This document shows, piece by piece, positions 17,818 through 26,787 of a stretch of DNA of 64,000 nt; the stretch's first letter is position 1; the number at the start of each line of letters is the position of its first letter. Below the pieces are notes generated by a model that made no database searches, was not told the DNA's origin, and saw only the letters and a list, made by a program, of their open reading frames with translations. The translations under genes were made by a program, and so were the position numbers. This DNA comes from an uncultured bacterium (lineage in GTDB: Bacteria > Myxococcota_A > Polyangia > Nannocystales > Nannocystaceae): contig CAVXIC010000031.1 of NCBI GenBank assembly GCA_963761755.1, positions 154,776-218,775 of the forward strand. Reading direction: 5' to 3'.

Positions 17818-20136
17818 TCAGCGCAGCGAGACGCCGGAGGCCGAGCAGCTGTAGCCCTCGTTGACGCCGTCGGCGGGGTTGCTGAGGATCAGGGGCGCGA
17901 GCGCTGCGCACAGCTCGGCCGTCGAGGTGCCGGCGACCACCAGCGTGGGGTCGTCGGCGGGATCGATGTCTCGGCTCGGGACGCCCGCCAGCATGAACTG
18001 CGGCGTGTTGGTGAGCATGCCTGCGAGGCGTCGCGCGGCCTGCTCCGCCGTGCCCGCACCCACGTCCGCGACGGTGTCGCCGAGGGAGACGCCCATCAGG
18101 CTCTCGAGCGCGGCGACCTCGGCGTCGGTGCGAATCGTCGGGTCGGTGACCATCCGATCCTTGACCGCCGCGGCCACGTCCCACATCTGGGCCTCCGGCG
18201 CGTCCGCTGCGACGTCGATCAGCTGGGTGATCCAGTCGTCCGCCGCGCAAGACGCGTCGAGCGGACCCGTGCAGTCGCCGTGCATGCCGGGGTCGACACC
18301 TTGGCCGAACTCGTTCTCGAGCCGGAGCATCACCAGCAGGTCGGTCCCCGAGAACCCCGAGTCGCTGTCGCTGAGGAATGCGCCCAGGTCTCGCAGGACG
18401 GAGGCATCGTCGGGCGCGGCGGAACACTGCACGTCGGGCATGTTGGCGCCGCAGCCCACGGCGGGGTTGAAGTAGCCGGGGATCTCGTCATCGGGCGGCC
18501 CAAAGACGTCGGCCCGGTTCCACCACATCGCCCGCGAGATCGAGTCGAGCAGCACGCGGGCTCCGTAGCGGTGCACCGTGTCGCCGACCCCGTTGGCGCG
18601 CTTGGACGGGTCGCCGGACTCGCGGGAGAAGGGCTCGAAGACCGGGGCGAGGTGATACGGCGTGGACGCGCCGCAGGTGTCCGGAGGGGACTGGTTGAAG
18701 TACGGGTGCGTCGCCACGTCGGCGATGAGGTGGCGCAGCGAGAACTCGTTTGCGACGAAGTCGTTGGTCAGGCCCTCGAGGATGTCCCGCTGATGCTCGT
18801 TGCGCGGGAACCCGTTGGCGACCTGCAGCGGGAACCCCAGCGCGTTCGTCCACATGCGGTTGGACATGTGCATGGCCATCAGGTATGCGCCCGCGGCCGC
18901 CGACTCGACGCTCTGGTCGTCCTCGATGACCAACCCGTCGCTGCGAAGGGCGTCGAAGCCGGCCCGCATGTCGGCGTCCAGGGCGATCAGCGTGTCGTTG
19001 GGTGCGTGGTCTCCGAGCAAGAATCCGTCCCATCCCAGCAGCGACGCGTCGGGGGTGGGGTCGATGCCTCCGCAGGAGTAGCCGAAGCCGAACGGGGTGA
19101 TGTTGCCGCCGGACAGACCACCCGAGGGCAGGGTCTCGGACTGACCTTCGGCGAACCCGTCGTAGCGGAAGATGCCGTAGGAGCGCTGCAGGGAAGCCTC
19201 GGCGGCGTCGGGGCCGTAGGCGCCCAGCTCGAGGTATCCCGGCACGGGGTAGTGGCGGTCGAAGGCTGGGTCGGGGTTGTCGGTGACCGCGTACTCGGCC
19301 CGGTGGCATTCGAGGCAGTCGGTGGTGCGGCCGAGCATGGTGGTCTCGAACAGCCGGCCGAAGTGGGCGACGCGCATCTCCTCGAGCTCTTCGTCGTCCA
19401 CGTTGCCGGCGATGAAGGGCGCGGACAAGCGTGCGAAGGTGTCGGCCCGCAGCAGCGGCGACATGTCGTCGAGTCGCAGCGCGCTGTAGGTGACGTCGGG
19501 CATCCAGAACAAGGGCCCGGGGTACTGCGCGGTGACCGGGTTGTCGCGAATGAACGCGGCCAGGTCGGGGCTGTCCCCCTCGGTGCCCTGCAGGTCGTAG
19601 CAGACCTCGTTGCGTCGGTCGCCGGCCACGTTCACGCGCAGCTCCTCGTAGAGGTAGTCCTTGTAGCGTTCGAGGTAGTCGTCGCCGCGCAGCAGTCCCA
19701 TCGCGACCGCGCGACGGCCATCGATCCCACGTCCGTCGAGCTGCTCGATCATGCTGACGATCAGGCGAACCTCGCGAATGGACTCGGGCTTGCGTCCGTG
19801 GGCCAGCGGAATGAGCCGCTTGACGAACGCCTCGTCGCCGGCGTCACACAGCTCGAGGTCGACGCCGGGGCCGGGCGGTTCACCGTCATCGCTGCCCGGA
19901 TTGGACCCGGAGTCGTCGTCGGTCGGGTCGCTGCTGCTGCCGTCGCCGGGCGTCGGGTCCGAGCCTGGTCCGGAGCCGGGGCCCGACTCGGTGCCGCCGG
20001 TAAAGCCGGAGTCCGAGTCCGTCATGCTCGACGATGCAGCGGCGGCGTCGTCGCCACACCCAGTGGTGGCGGTGCCGGTACCGAGGATCAGCAGCGCGGT
20101 GAAGATGGCCGGAAGTCGAAGTTCGTGCGTGTTCAT
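17818..20136 (-). CDS. PSD1-like lipoprotein (DUF1549/DUF1553 family with CxxCH motif)
   Basis: Lipobox TTGC. A DUF1549-like stretch reads FVKRLIPLAHGRKPESIREV...LLRGDDYLERYKDYLYEELRVN, followed by TDCLECHRAEYAV (the C-x-x-CH-x-x-K/Y motif of DUF1553 proteins). It is the adjacent partner of DUF1501. Confidence 0.7.
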   Translation of the reverse strand: MNTHELRLPAIFTALLILGTGTATTGCGDDAAAASSSMTDSDSGFTGGTESGPGSGPGSDPTPGDGSSSDPTDDDSGSNPGSDDGEPPGPGVDLELCDAGDEAFVKRLIPLAHGRKPESIREVRLIVSMIEQLDGRGIDGRRAVAMGLLRGDDYLERYKDYLYEELRVNVAGDRRNEVCYDLQGTEGDSPDLAAFIRDNPVTAQYPGPLFWMPDVTYSALRLDDMSPLLRADTFARLSAPFIAGNVDDEELEEMRVAHFGRLFETTMLGRTTDCLECHRAEYAVTDNPDPAFDRHYPVPGYLELGAYGPDAAEASLQRSYGIFRYDGFAEGQSETLPSGGLSGGNITPFGFGYSCGGIDPTPDASLLGWDGFLLGDHAPNDTLIALDADMRAGFDALRSDGLVIEDDQSVESAAAGAYLMAMHMSNRMWTNALGFPLQVANGFPRNEHQRDILEGLTNDFVANEFSLRHLIADVATHPYFNQSPPDTCGASTPYHLAPVFEPFSRESGDPSKRANGVGDTVHRYGARVLLDSISRAMWWNRADVFGPPDDEIPGYFNPAVGCGANMPDVQCSAAPDDASVLRDLGAFLSDSDSGFSGTDLLVMLRLENEFGQGVDPGMHGDCTGPLDASCAADDWITQLIDVAADAPEAQMWDVAAAVKDRMVTDPTIRTDAEVAALESLMGVSLGDTVADVGAGTAEQAARRLAGMLTNTPQFMLAGVPSRDIDPADDPTLVVAGTSTAELCAALAPLILSNPADGVNEGYSCSASGVSLR

Positions 20137-20163
20137 GGTCGGTACCTCGCGTGCCAGATGGGC

Positions 20164-21747
20164 TCAGACCTCGACGCCGAGGAAGGTGTCGCGGATGGCG
20201 ACCGCCGCCTCGGCTTCGTCGAGGAAGCCGCCATCGGAGACGTTGTAGGACTGGGAGGAGAACGGGTAGATGCCCATCGCCTGGAGGATCATCATGCGGC
20301 TCTGGGCGGCGCTGACCGAGGTGGTCGCGTAGCCGTTGGTCTCGCTGATCTCTCCGTAGACCGAAGCCTGCGTCATCGGACCGCCGATGAACACCTGGGC
20401 GTAGCCCCACGGGTTGTGGTCGGTCCCGGTGCTGTTGCCCTGCTGAACCGGCTGGCGCCCGAACTCGGTGTTGATGACGACCATGTGTTCGTCGAGGTTG
20501 ATGCGGTTGTCGTCGCCAGGTCGCGGGTTGGCCGGATCGACGATGTTGTCCAGGAGCGCCGAGAACGTGTGCGTCAGGTTGGTGGCGTTGTACCGGATGC
20601 TCTGGCTGTGCACGTCGTGGCCCCCGGTGGGGCGCGGCTGCAGGCCCGCGTCGATCCACAGCACGTAGCGGGCCGCGTTCTGCTGCCGCGTGAGCAGGTT
20701 GGTCGCCAAGCGGGCCTGCATGGCCGGCATGTCCTCGACCTGGCCGGTGTTGGTCTGGCACAGCTGCGCCGGCGGGGTGATCGGGTTGAACAGCCCAGGG
20801 CTGAGGATGTCGGTCAACACCGGCGCGTTCTCGCGGGCGAACACGGAGAAGTCGTAGTTGCTCCGCTCCGCCGAGCGTGCTGCGGTGCTGTGCCCGTAGC
20901 TCTTGAGGCGGGCGGCGTACTCGGCTCGGTAGAAGGCGATCGCGTCATCGAAGGCGGCCGGGTTGTCGATCGCCGACCGGGACAGGAGGTTGGTGAGCTC
21001 CGAGTTGGCCTCGACCGAGACGACCAGCGGCTTTGCCGAGCCGGGGTGGGCGCCGACCGACGACGCCGCGACCGCGTTGAACGGCTTGTAGCCGGCGGGG
21101 TAGAGCACGTAGGAGTAGGGCGCCGGGCGGATGCCGCCGCCGGCTTCCTCGTTCTCGGAGAAGTAGCGCTGGATGGCGGTGCCCAGGCCGGCCATCCGTG
21201 GGTTGCCCAGCCCCAGGCCCGTGAACGACTTGGGGTTGGCGCCCTCGTGGGCGACCTGGTCGTGCGCGGTGACGACGACCCGCATGCGCGCCATGACGTC
21301 GGGCCGGCTCCAAAACGGCCAGGTCCACGGCCCCAGGTGGATCTCGTTGCCGCCGAAGTCGGTGACCTCCAGCGAGCGGGTCATCGACGCGAAACCGGTC
21401 TGACACGACTCCCAGCGCCCCTGCAGGGTGTCGATGGCCTGGCGTCCTTCGGAGGCGGGCGCGTCCTCGTCGAACACCCACATGAAGCGGTAGTCGTCCT
21501 GTCCGAACTCGGGGACCGTATAGAAGGTGTCGAAGCAGCTGAGCCCACCGTTGACGTGAAGCTCCAGCACGCCGCGCGGCTGCAGCTCGGTGGGCAAGAA
21601 CGCCGCGGCCTTGGCCTTGTCGTCCATCGGCCATGCGCCCCAGCCAGCCGCCTGCGCGCCGCGGGGGTACTTGAGGATGGAGAACACGCCTGCGCCACCG
21701 ACAGCGGTGGCCGAGGCAGCGGATTGGATGAAGGTTCTGCGCTTCAT
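20164..21747 (-). CDS. DUF1501-family protein (sulfatase/alkaline-phosphatase-like), Tat signal
   Basis: Twin-arginine signal MKRRTFIQSAASATAVGG. The family is typically paired with DUF1549/DUF1553 proteins. Confidence 0.8.
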   Translation of the reverse strand: MKRRTFIQSAASATAVGGAGVFSILKYPRGAQAAGWGAWPMDDKAKAAAFLPTELQPRGVLELHVNGGLSCFDTFYTVPEFGQDDYRFMWVFDEDAPASEGRQAIDTLQGRWESCQTGFASMTRSLEVTDFGGNEIHLGPWTWPFWSRPDVMARMRVVVTAHDQVAHEGANPKSFTGLGLGNPRMAGLGTAIQRYFSENEEAGGGIRPAPYSYVLYPAGYKPFNAVAASSVGAHPGSAKPLVVSVEANSELTNLLSRSAIDNPAAFDDAIAFYRAEYAARLKSYGHSTAARSAERSNYDFSVFARENAPVLTDILSPGLFNPITPPAQLCQTNTGQVEDMPAMQARLATNLLTRQQNAARYVLWIDAGLQPRPTGGHDVHSQSIRYNATNLTHTFSALLDNIVDPANPRPGDDNRINLDEHMVVINTEFGRQPVQQGNSTGTDHNPWGYAQVFIGGPMTQASVYGEISETNGYATTSVSAAQSRMMILQAMGIYPFSSQSYNVSDGGFLDEAEAAVAIRDTFLGVEV

Positions 21748-21781
21748 GGAAAGGACGTCCGGGGCGGGCGGCTTTGCAAGA

Positions 21782-22924
21782 CTAGTAGAGTTCGATGTAC
21801 GCCCACTGGGCGTAGCTGGACAGGACGCGAACCACCCCGTCGGTGAACGGTACCTCTTCGAGATGCTCGCGGGAGACGATGAGGGTGGCCGGGCCCGCGG
21901 TGAGGGCCTCGAGCGCGTCGGCCGGTACGGTATAGGCGCCGTCGTCCTCGGCGTGCACGGTGAACATGCGCCCGAACATGTCGAACACTCGAATCACCAG
22001 GCGGGTGTCCGCGCCGGCCTCGCCGGTCCACGTGATCTCGAGGTCCTCGTCGATGGGGACCTGCAGGCCAAAGGACGTGACGTCGGGCGCCGTGACCTCG
22101 AGCGCGTCCGGGGTGTGCACTTGGCCGACGAGCGCGTTGGTCTCGAAGAGCTCGCCCCCGTACAGCACGATGTCGTACGCGGTCATCGGCGACCAGGTCG
22201 CGGCGTCGGGGGCGCAGCCCTCGGGCTGGTTGGGCGAGGTCGTCGCCGCGTAGATCGGGTAGTTGGGCACCATCTGGTCGCTGCCCGGAGGGAACTCCAC
22301 CTCTGGCGTGCCTCCGTAGTAGAGCAGACACGCGGAGGCTTCGGCCTCGTCGGTGCGAAGCTTCATGCCGTTGCCCGCCAGCAGCCACTGGGTGGGCCCG
22401 CCCCACTCGAACGTGGGCGGCACGGCGTTGCTCTGGAGCGTGTCGGTCTCGGCGGGAGGCGCCGGCCACTGCTTGGCCAGGCCGAAGACACCGAAGAAGT
22501 CTTCGACCCCCTCGAGGTCGTCGTCGACGTCCCGCCACGCGCCCGCCATGCCCAGCAGCGGCTCGGGGTTGGCGGCGTCGGCGGCGTAGAGCGTGAAGCT
22601 CAGCGTGCCGCGCAGGTCGCCTTCGCCCAACGTGTCGTATCCCGAGCTCTGGGTGTCACTTGCGCCGGTCGGGTCCCCCGTGGAGGGGCCGGTGCTCGCA
22701 GCGGAGCCGGTCGAGCTGGGCATCGTCTCGGTCCCGTCGTTCGTGCCGCTGCCGCCGGTGAATCCCGAGTCGGGGCCGTCCGTTTCCGAACCCGAGGCCC
22801 CGCTCGCATCGCCGTCACAACCGACAAGCAGGAGCGGCAAGGCCAGCGCGAGGACGGAAACGACGCCAGTGCACCGGTACGAGGATCCGGTGCATCGGTA
22901 GGAGGATATTGAAAGCCGCTGCAT
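21782..22924 (-). CDS. hypothetical lipoprotein (first gene of a four-gene secreted cluster)
   Basis: The start was chosen at MQRLSISSYRCTGSSYRCTGVVSVLALALPLLLVGC (lipobox). A Ser/Thr/Gly linker follows, then a domain with no known motif. Confidence 0.55.
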   Translation of the reverse strand: MQRLSISSYRCTGSSYRCTGVVSVLALALPLLLVGCDGDASGASGSETDGPDSGFTGGSGTNDGTETMPSSTGSAASTGPSTGDPTGASDTQSSGYDTLGEGDLRGTLSFTLYAADAANPEPLLGMAGAWRDVDDDLEGVEDFFGVFGLAKQWPAPPAETDTLQSNAVPPTFEWGGPTQWLLAGNGMKLRTDEAEASACLLYYGGTPEVEFPPGSDQMVPNYPIYAATTSPNQPEGCAPDAATWSPMTAYDIVLYGGELFETNALVGQVHTPDALEVTAPDVTSFGLQVPIDEDLEITWTGEAGADTRLVIRVFDMFGRMFTVHAEDDGAYTVPADALEALTAGPATLIVSREHLEEVPFTDGVVRVLSSYAQWAYIELY

Positions 22925-23058
22925 GGCAGTGAAGGCGGCGGGGGTACGAGGTCGTCCCCGACGTCCCACCACACCGCCAGTGTGGGCGTGCAAAACGTGT
23001 ATTTCAACCCGCACACCCGGCATGGGAGGCAGGGGTGGAGCTGCTCGAAATCGAGCGC

Positions 23059-23811
23059 CTACCGAGCGAAGCGCTGGAAACGCCATCGGCCTGATCGCTC
23101 GGTTTGTTCCGAGGGGCCGCCAGCGGCGCGCAGATCCGCAGGGACGCCGGCCTGGTCGAACAACACGTCCCCGCGGAGCGCTGGGGCCAGCTGGGGCTCG
23201 AGATACTCCGAGAGCCACAGCTCGTCGATGGCCAGCGGGTCAGCGTAGAGCGCGCGCGCAGTGCTCGGCCCGGCCTCGATCGCGATGGTGGTGGCGCCGA
23301 TCGACCGCGCCCACGCGATCGCGGCGTGAGGCCCCGGCGATTTCAGGCCAATCACGCGCGTCTCCGATCCGAGGCGCGATCGCACCGCGCATGACGCGTT
23401 GTCCGAGGTCAGCACCACTGGCCGCGCCCACCCGTGCAGGGCGGGATGCTCCGGGTCGAGGTCTCGGCCCGAGGTGAGGATCGCGACCACCGGCGCCGCG
23501 GTCCGGCCCATGATTTCCGCTCGCCAGCGCTGCATCGCCTCGTCCCACTGGGTGGGCAGCGAATATGCGAGCTCGGGTTCGTCCCGCAGGATCTTGCCGG
23601 TCGTCACGATGACGTCCGCGCGGGCGCGGGCGAGGTTGAGCAAGAAGAAGTCGGTCTCGCTCTTGGGGCTGTCCTCGGTGATGCGGATGACCCGTCGCGC
23701 GGCGGGCTGCTGATCACACCCCCGCTCCCCATCGCACCCCCCGTCGCACCCCCCGTCGCACCAGGTGGCGACGACGTGCAGCACGCCCGCCGCGGCCGGG
23801 AGCGACCGCAC
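23059..23811 (-). CDS. RibD C-terminal domain / DHFR-like reductase family protein
   Basis: The C-terminus ..IDELWLSEYLEPQLAPALRGDVLFDQAG..GRWRFQRFAR is typical of RibD_C. A GTG start at 23811 was chosen to avoid overlapping the lipase. The N-terminus carries a (CDGG)n tandem repeat. Start is uncertain. Confidence 0.5.
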   Translation of the reverse strand: MRSLPAAAGVLHVVATWCDGGCDGGCDGERGCDQQPAARRVIRITEDSPKSETDFFLLNLARARADVIVTTGKILRDEPELAYSLPTQWDEAMQRWRAEIMGRTAAPVVAILTSGRDLDPEHPALHGWARPVVLTSDNASCAVRSRLGSETRVIGLKSPGPHAAIAWARSIGATTIAIEAGPSTARALYADPLAIDELWLSEYLEPQLAPALRGDVLFDQAGVPADLRAAGGPSEQTERSGRWRFQRFAR

Positions 23812-23845
23812 GCCCCACAGCGCCCTCAGGCGCGTCTGGATGCGT

Positions 23846-24988
23846 TCACAGTCCACGTGCACGCAGGTAGCCGACCAGGTTTCGGTACAAGACGCGGTGA
23901 TCGAAGGCGTTGGATCCCCCAGGCGCGTCGCCGAAGAGGTGGCCGATCTGATCGACGTGATCGGCCGGGATGCAGCCGAGAAAGGTGCCCCACTTGGCGT
24001 CCTCGACCCGGACCAAGCCATCGTTGGGAATCGAGCTGAGCAGGCCTCCGTCCACGATCGCCTCCGATGCTGCGAACAGCGGATCGATCGGGTCGCGCAC
24101 CCCGTCCCAGTTGGCGATGAAGGGCGGCGCGTCGTCGCTTGCGCAGAGCTCGGTGGCGAGCGTGTCGTCGGAGCGGCCGGCGATCGAGGCGTACTCGACC
24201 CCCGGGGCGTCGGGGTAGGTCTCGTTGAACACGGCGATGCCGTCGCTGGAGAACTGCGCCATCGATGCGACCAGCGAGGTGTTGCCGTCGATCGTGCCCC
24301 ACAGCGGACCGCCGAACAGCTGCACGAGGACGTCGACGACCGCGCCCCCGGGGATCAGCAGGGCGTAGTCGGCGATCGGCGACCCTTGGTGCGGCGTCGC
24401 CACGGTGGTGACCGACGCGACGAGGTCGGGCCGCTCGTGCGCGACCACGCGCGCATCGAGGCCGCCTTGGCTGTGCCCGATGATGTTGACCTTCTGCGCG
24501 CCGGTCTCGTCGAGGATGGCTTCCACCGCGTCCAGCAGCTGCAGGCCGCGGGTCGTCGAGTCGTTGAAGGGATCGACGGCGGGCGTGAAGACCAGCGTCT
24601 CGCCGATCTCGGACAGATCGTCGCGGACGCCCCAGAAGTAGTCGGAGAAGCCGGCGCCGGCGAAGTCCTCGAATCCGAAGAAGCCGTGCGCGAGCACGAT
24701 GGGGTACGGTCCGGTGACCGACGCTCCGGTGCTCGAGGTCGAGGGATCCGCGGAGGACGAGCCATCCGCGGGGGTCCCCGTGCTGCCGGTCGCTGCGGGC
24801 GACGTGGTGCCCGCGCTCCCCTCGGCTGCATCGGCGGTCCCCATCGAGTCTCCCGGACCGACGCTCGGGCTGGAGGACGACCCCGCGACGCTGCTGCTGC
24901 CGCCGTCGGTGTCACCGGCGACCGTCTCGAAACCGCCGCATCCGGCGCTCAGGACGAGGAGCCAGGCCCACCGAATCTGTCCACCCAT
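23846..24988 (-). CDS. secreted lipase/esterase lipoprotein (alpha/beta hydrolase, GHSQGG nucleophile elbow)
   Basis: Start at MGGQIRWAWLLVLSAGCGG (lipobox). Contains NIIGHSQGGLDARV. A Ser/Thr linker is present. Confidence 0.8.
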   Translation of the reverse strand: MGGQIRWAWLLVLSAGCGGFETVAGDTDGGSSSVAGSSSSPSVGPGDSMGTADAAEGSAGTTSPAATGSTGTPADGSSSADPSTSSTGASVTGPYPIVLAHGFFGFEDFAGAGFSDYFWGVRDDLSEIGETLVFTPAVDPFNDSTTRGLQLLDAVEAILDETGAQKVNIIGHSQGGLDARVVAHERPDLVASVTTVATPHQGSPIADYALLIPGGAVVDVLVQLFGGPLWGTIDGNTSLVASMAQFSSDGIAVFNETYPDAPGVEYASIAGRSDDTLATELCASDDAPPFIANWDGVRDPIDPLFAASEAIVDGGLLSSIPNDGLVRVEDAKWGTFLGCIPADHVDQIGHLFGDAPGGSNAFDHRVLYRNLVGYLRARGL

Positions 24989-25046
24989 GCGCTGCAGGAT
25001 CGGACGGCCGGCGCCCGTCGTCAACGCCGCGACGTCTGGACGGGGT

Positions 25047-26780
25047 ATGCTCCCGGCCGTGGATCGACAGCCACCGCGCGCCACCTCCAACGCGATCGAC
25101 CTCTACATTCGCACCTACTACTCCCTGCTGCGCAGCTCGGGGGAGGTGCGAGTTCGCGCGCTGGAGGAGTCCCACATCTTCAGCGAGTCGAGCCTGCATC
25201 CGGGGGCCAAGGACGACAAGCCGGACATCGCCGCCTTCGCCTACGCGTCGGGCCGTCTGCCGGGGTGCATGCACGCGGTCAAGCGCATGATCCTCGGGCA
25301 GTCCAGCGAGCAGTTCGGAGCCCACGGCATCGACGTGCACGACTGGGAGGTCGTCACCGCGCGGGGTCGGCGGCGCCCCAACCGGTGGAGCGGGGGCGAC
25401 ACGCTGGCCGTCTACATCACCTCCGCGACGGACATCGACGACCTCGTTCCCATCGTCACCGCGTACCAGCTGGAGTGGAACAACATGCATCGCGCCCTGA
25501 ACTTGGGGCCGCTGGGCAAGAAGCTGATCGCGAAGAAGCTGCCCGATGACGGGGTGCTCGACGAGCTGCTCGCCGATGCCTTGGGCCTCGAGCTGCACGA
25601 GGTCAGCAAGCTCCGTCCCGCGCTGGGCCCCAACCCGCTGGACATGCTCGCCGCGATCGCCCGCCGGGAGCAGGACCTGTCGATCCGCCTGCTGGCAGGC
25701 ACCCTGCTCGAGTATCGTCGCGCCACCCAGCGATGGTGGCTGGGCATCGAGTCGGCCTACCACAAGGCGGACACGCCGCCCCGACCGGTGTACTTCGTCT
25801 CGTCCAACACCCACGTGCTCGTCAACCTCATGGGGGGCTACGCCAGGACCCACCGCGACAAGATCTTCGAGTTCGCCCGTGAGGCGAACCCCGAGGACCT
25901 CGCCGACGACGTCACACGGGCGGTCGCGCAGGGCGACGAGGACGAGCTCAACAACCTCAGCTACTACCTGCTGCGACAGTACTTGCACGCCACCCCGCAG
26001 ACCCAAGATGCCCGCACCCTCGACGTGCAGGCGTGGGACCGGACCTGCGGGCTCTCTACGCTGACCTCGCCGGGGCAGCTCGACGTCAACGCGCAGCTGG
26101 TCGAGCTCTCCAAGCTGCGCCCCGAGTGCCTCGACCCTCGCGTTCGCGTTCCGGGCCTGGAGGCCCTGACGAACTCGGACGCGGTGATCATCAACATCGA
26201 CTATCCGCTGGGGATGGCGGCGTATCACCACCTCACCCAGCTGGCCCAAGGGGTCTCGGAGATCCGCGGCATCTACGTCATGGGCAAGGCGGCCACCCTC
26301 AACGGACGGGTGGGCGACGTCATGCTCTCGACGGTCGCCTACGACGAGCACTCCGAGAACACCTACCTGTTCCGCAACTGCTTCGTCGCCGAGGACATCG
26401 CGCCCTACGTGCACGGCACGGTGCTCGACAACCAAAAAGCGCTCACGGTTCGGGGCGCATTCCTGCAGAACCACGAATACATGAGCGTGTTCTACCGCGA
26501 GGGCTACACGGTGCTCGAGATGGAGGCCGGACCCTACCTCTCGGCCATCTACGAGATGGTCTACCCCAAGCGGCATCCCAAGAACGAGGTCGTGCACCTG
26601 AGCAACCTGCTGCCGTTCGACTTCGGGCTCATCCACTACGGCTCCGACACGCCCTACTCCAAGCGACAGAGCCTGCTGAGCAAGAGCCTGTCGTACTTCG
26701 GCATGGACAGCACCTACGGCGCCGCGGTGGCGATCGTGCGGCGCATCCTCCAGCAGGAGATCGAACGCATGAACGGCTGA
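25047..26780 (+). CDS. AMP-nucleosidase-like / PNP-UDP phosphorylase-superfamily protein with a long uncharacterised N-terminal region
   Basis: The C-terminal roughly 250 aa carry ..VIINIDYPLGMAAYHH..GIYVMGKAATL...TVLEMEAGPYL..IHYGSDTP.., the phosphorylase fold signature. The N-terminal roughly 300 aa have no recognised motif. Start chosen at MLPAVD (25047). Confidence 0.55.
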   Translation: MLPAVDRQPPRATSNAIDLYIRTYYSLLRSSGEVRVRALEESHIFSESSLHPGAKDDKPDIAAFAYASGRLPGCMHAVKRMILGQSSEQFGAHGIDVHDWEVVTARGRRRPNRWSGGDTLAVYITSATDIDDLVPIVTAYQLEWNNMHRALNLGPLGKKLIAKKLPDDGVLDELLADALGLELHEVSKLRPALGPNPLDMLAAIARREQDLSIRLLAGTLLEYRRATQRWWLGIESAYHKADTPPRPVYFVSSNTHVLVNLMGGYARTHRDKIFEFAREANPEDLADDVTRAVAQGDEDELNNLSYYLLRQYLHATPQTQDARTLDVQAWDRTCGLSTLTSPGQLDVNAQLVELSKLRPECLDPRVRVPGLEALTNSDAVIINIDYPLGMAAYHHLTQLAQGVSEIRGIYVMGKAATLNGRVGDVMLSTVAYDEHSENTYLFRNCFVAEDIAPYVHGTVLDNQKALTVRGAFLQNHEYMSVFYREGYTVLEMEAGPYLSAIYEMVYPKRHPKNEVVHLSNLLPFDFGLIHYGSDTPYSKRQSLLSKSLSYFGMDSTYGAAVAIVRRILQQEIERMNG

Positions 26781-26787
26781 GCGTCGC

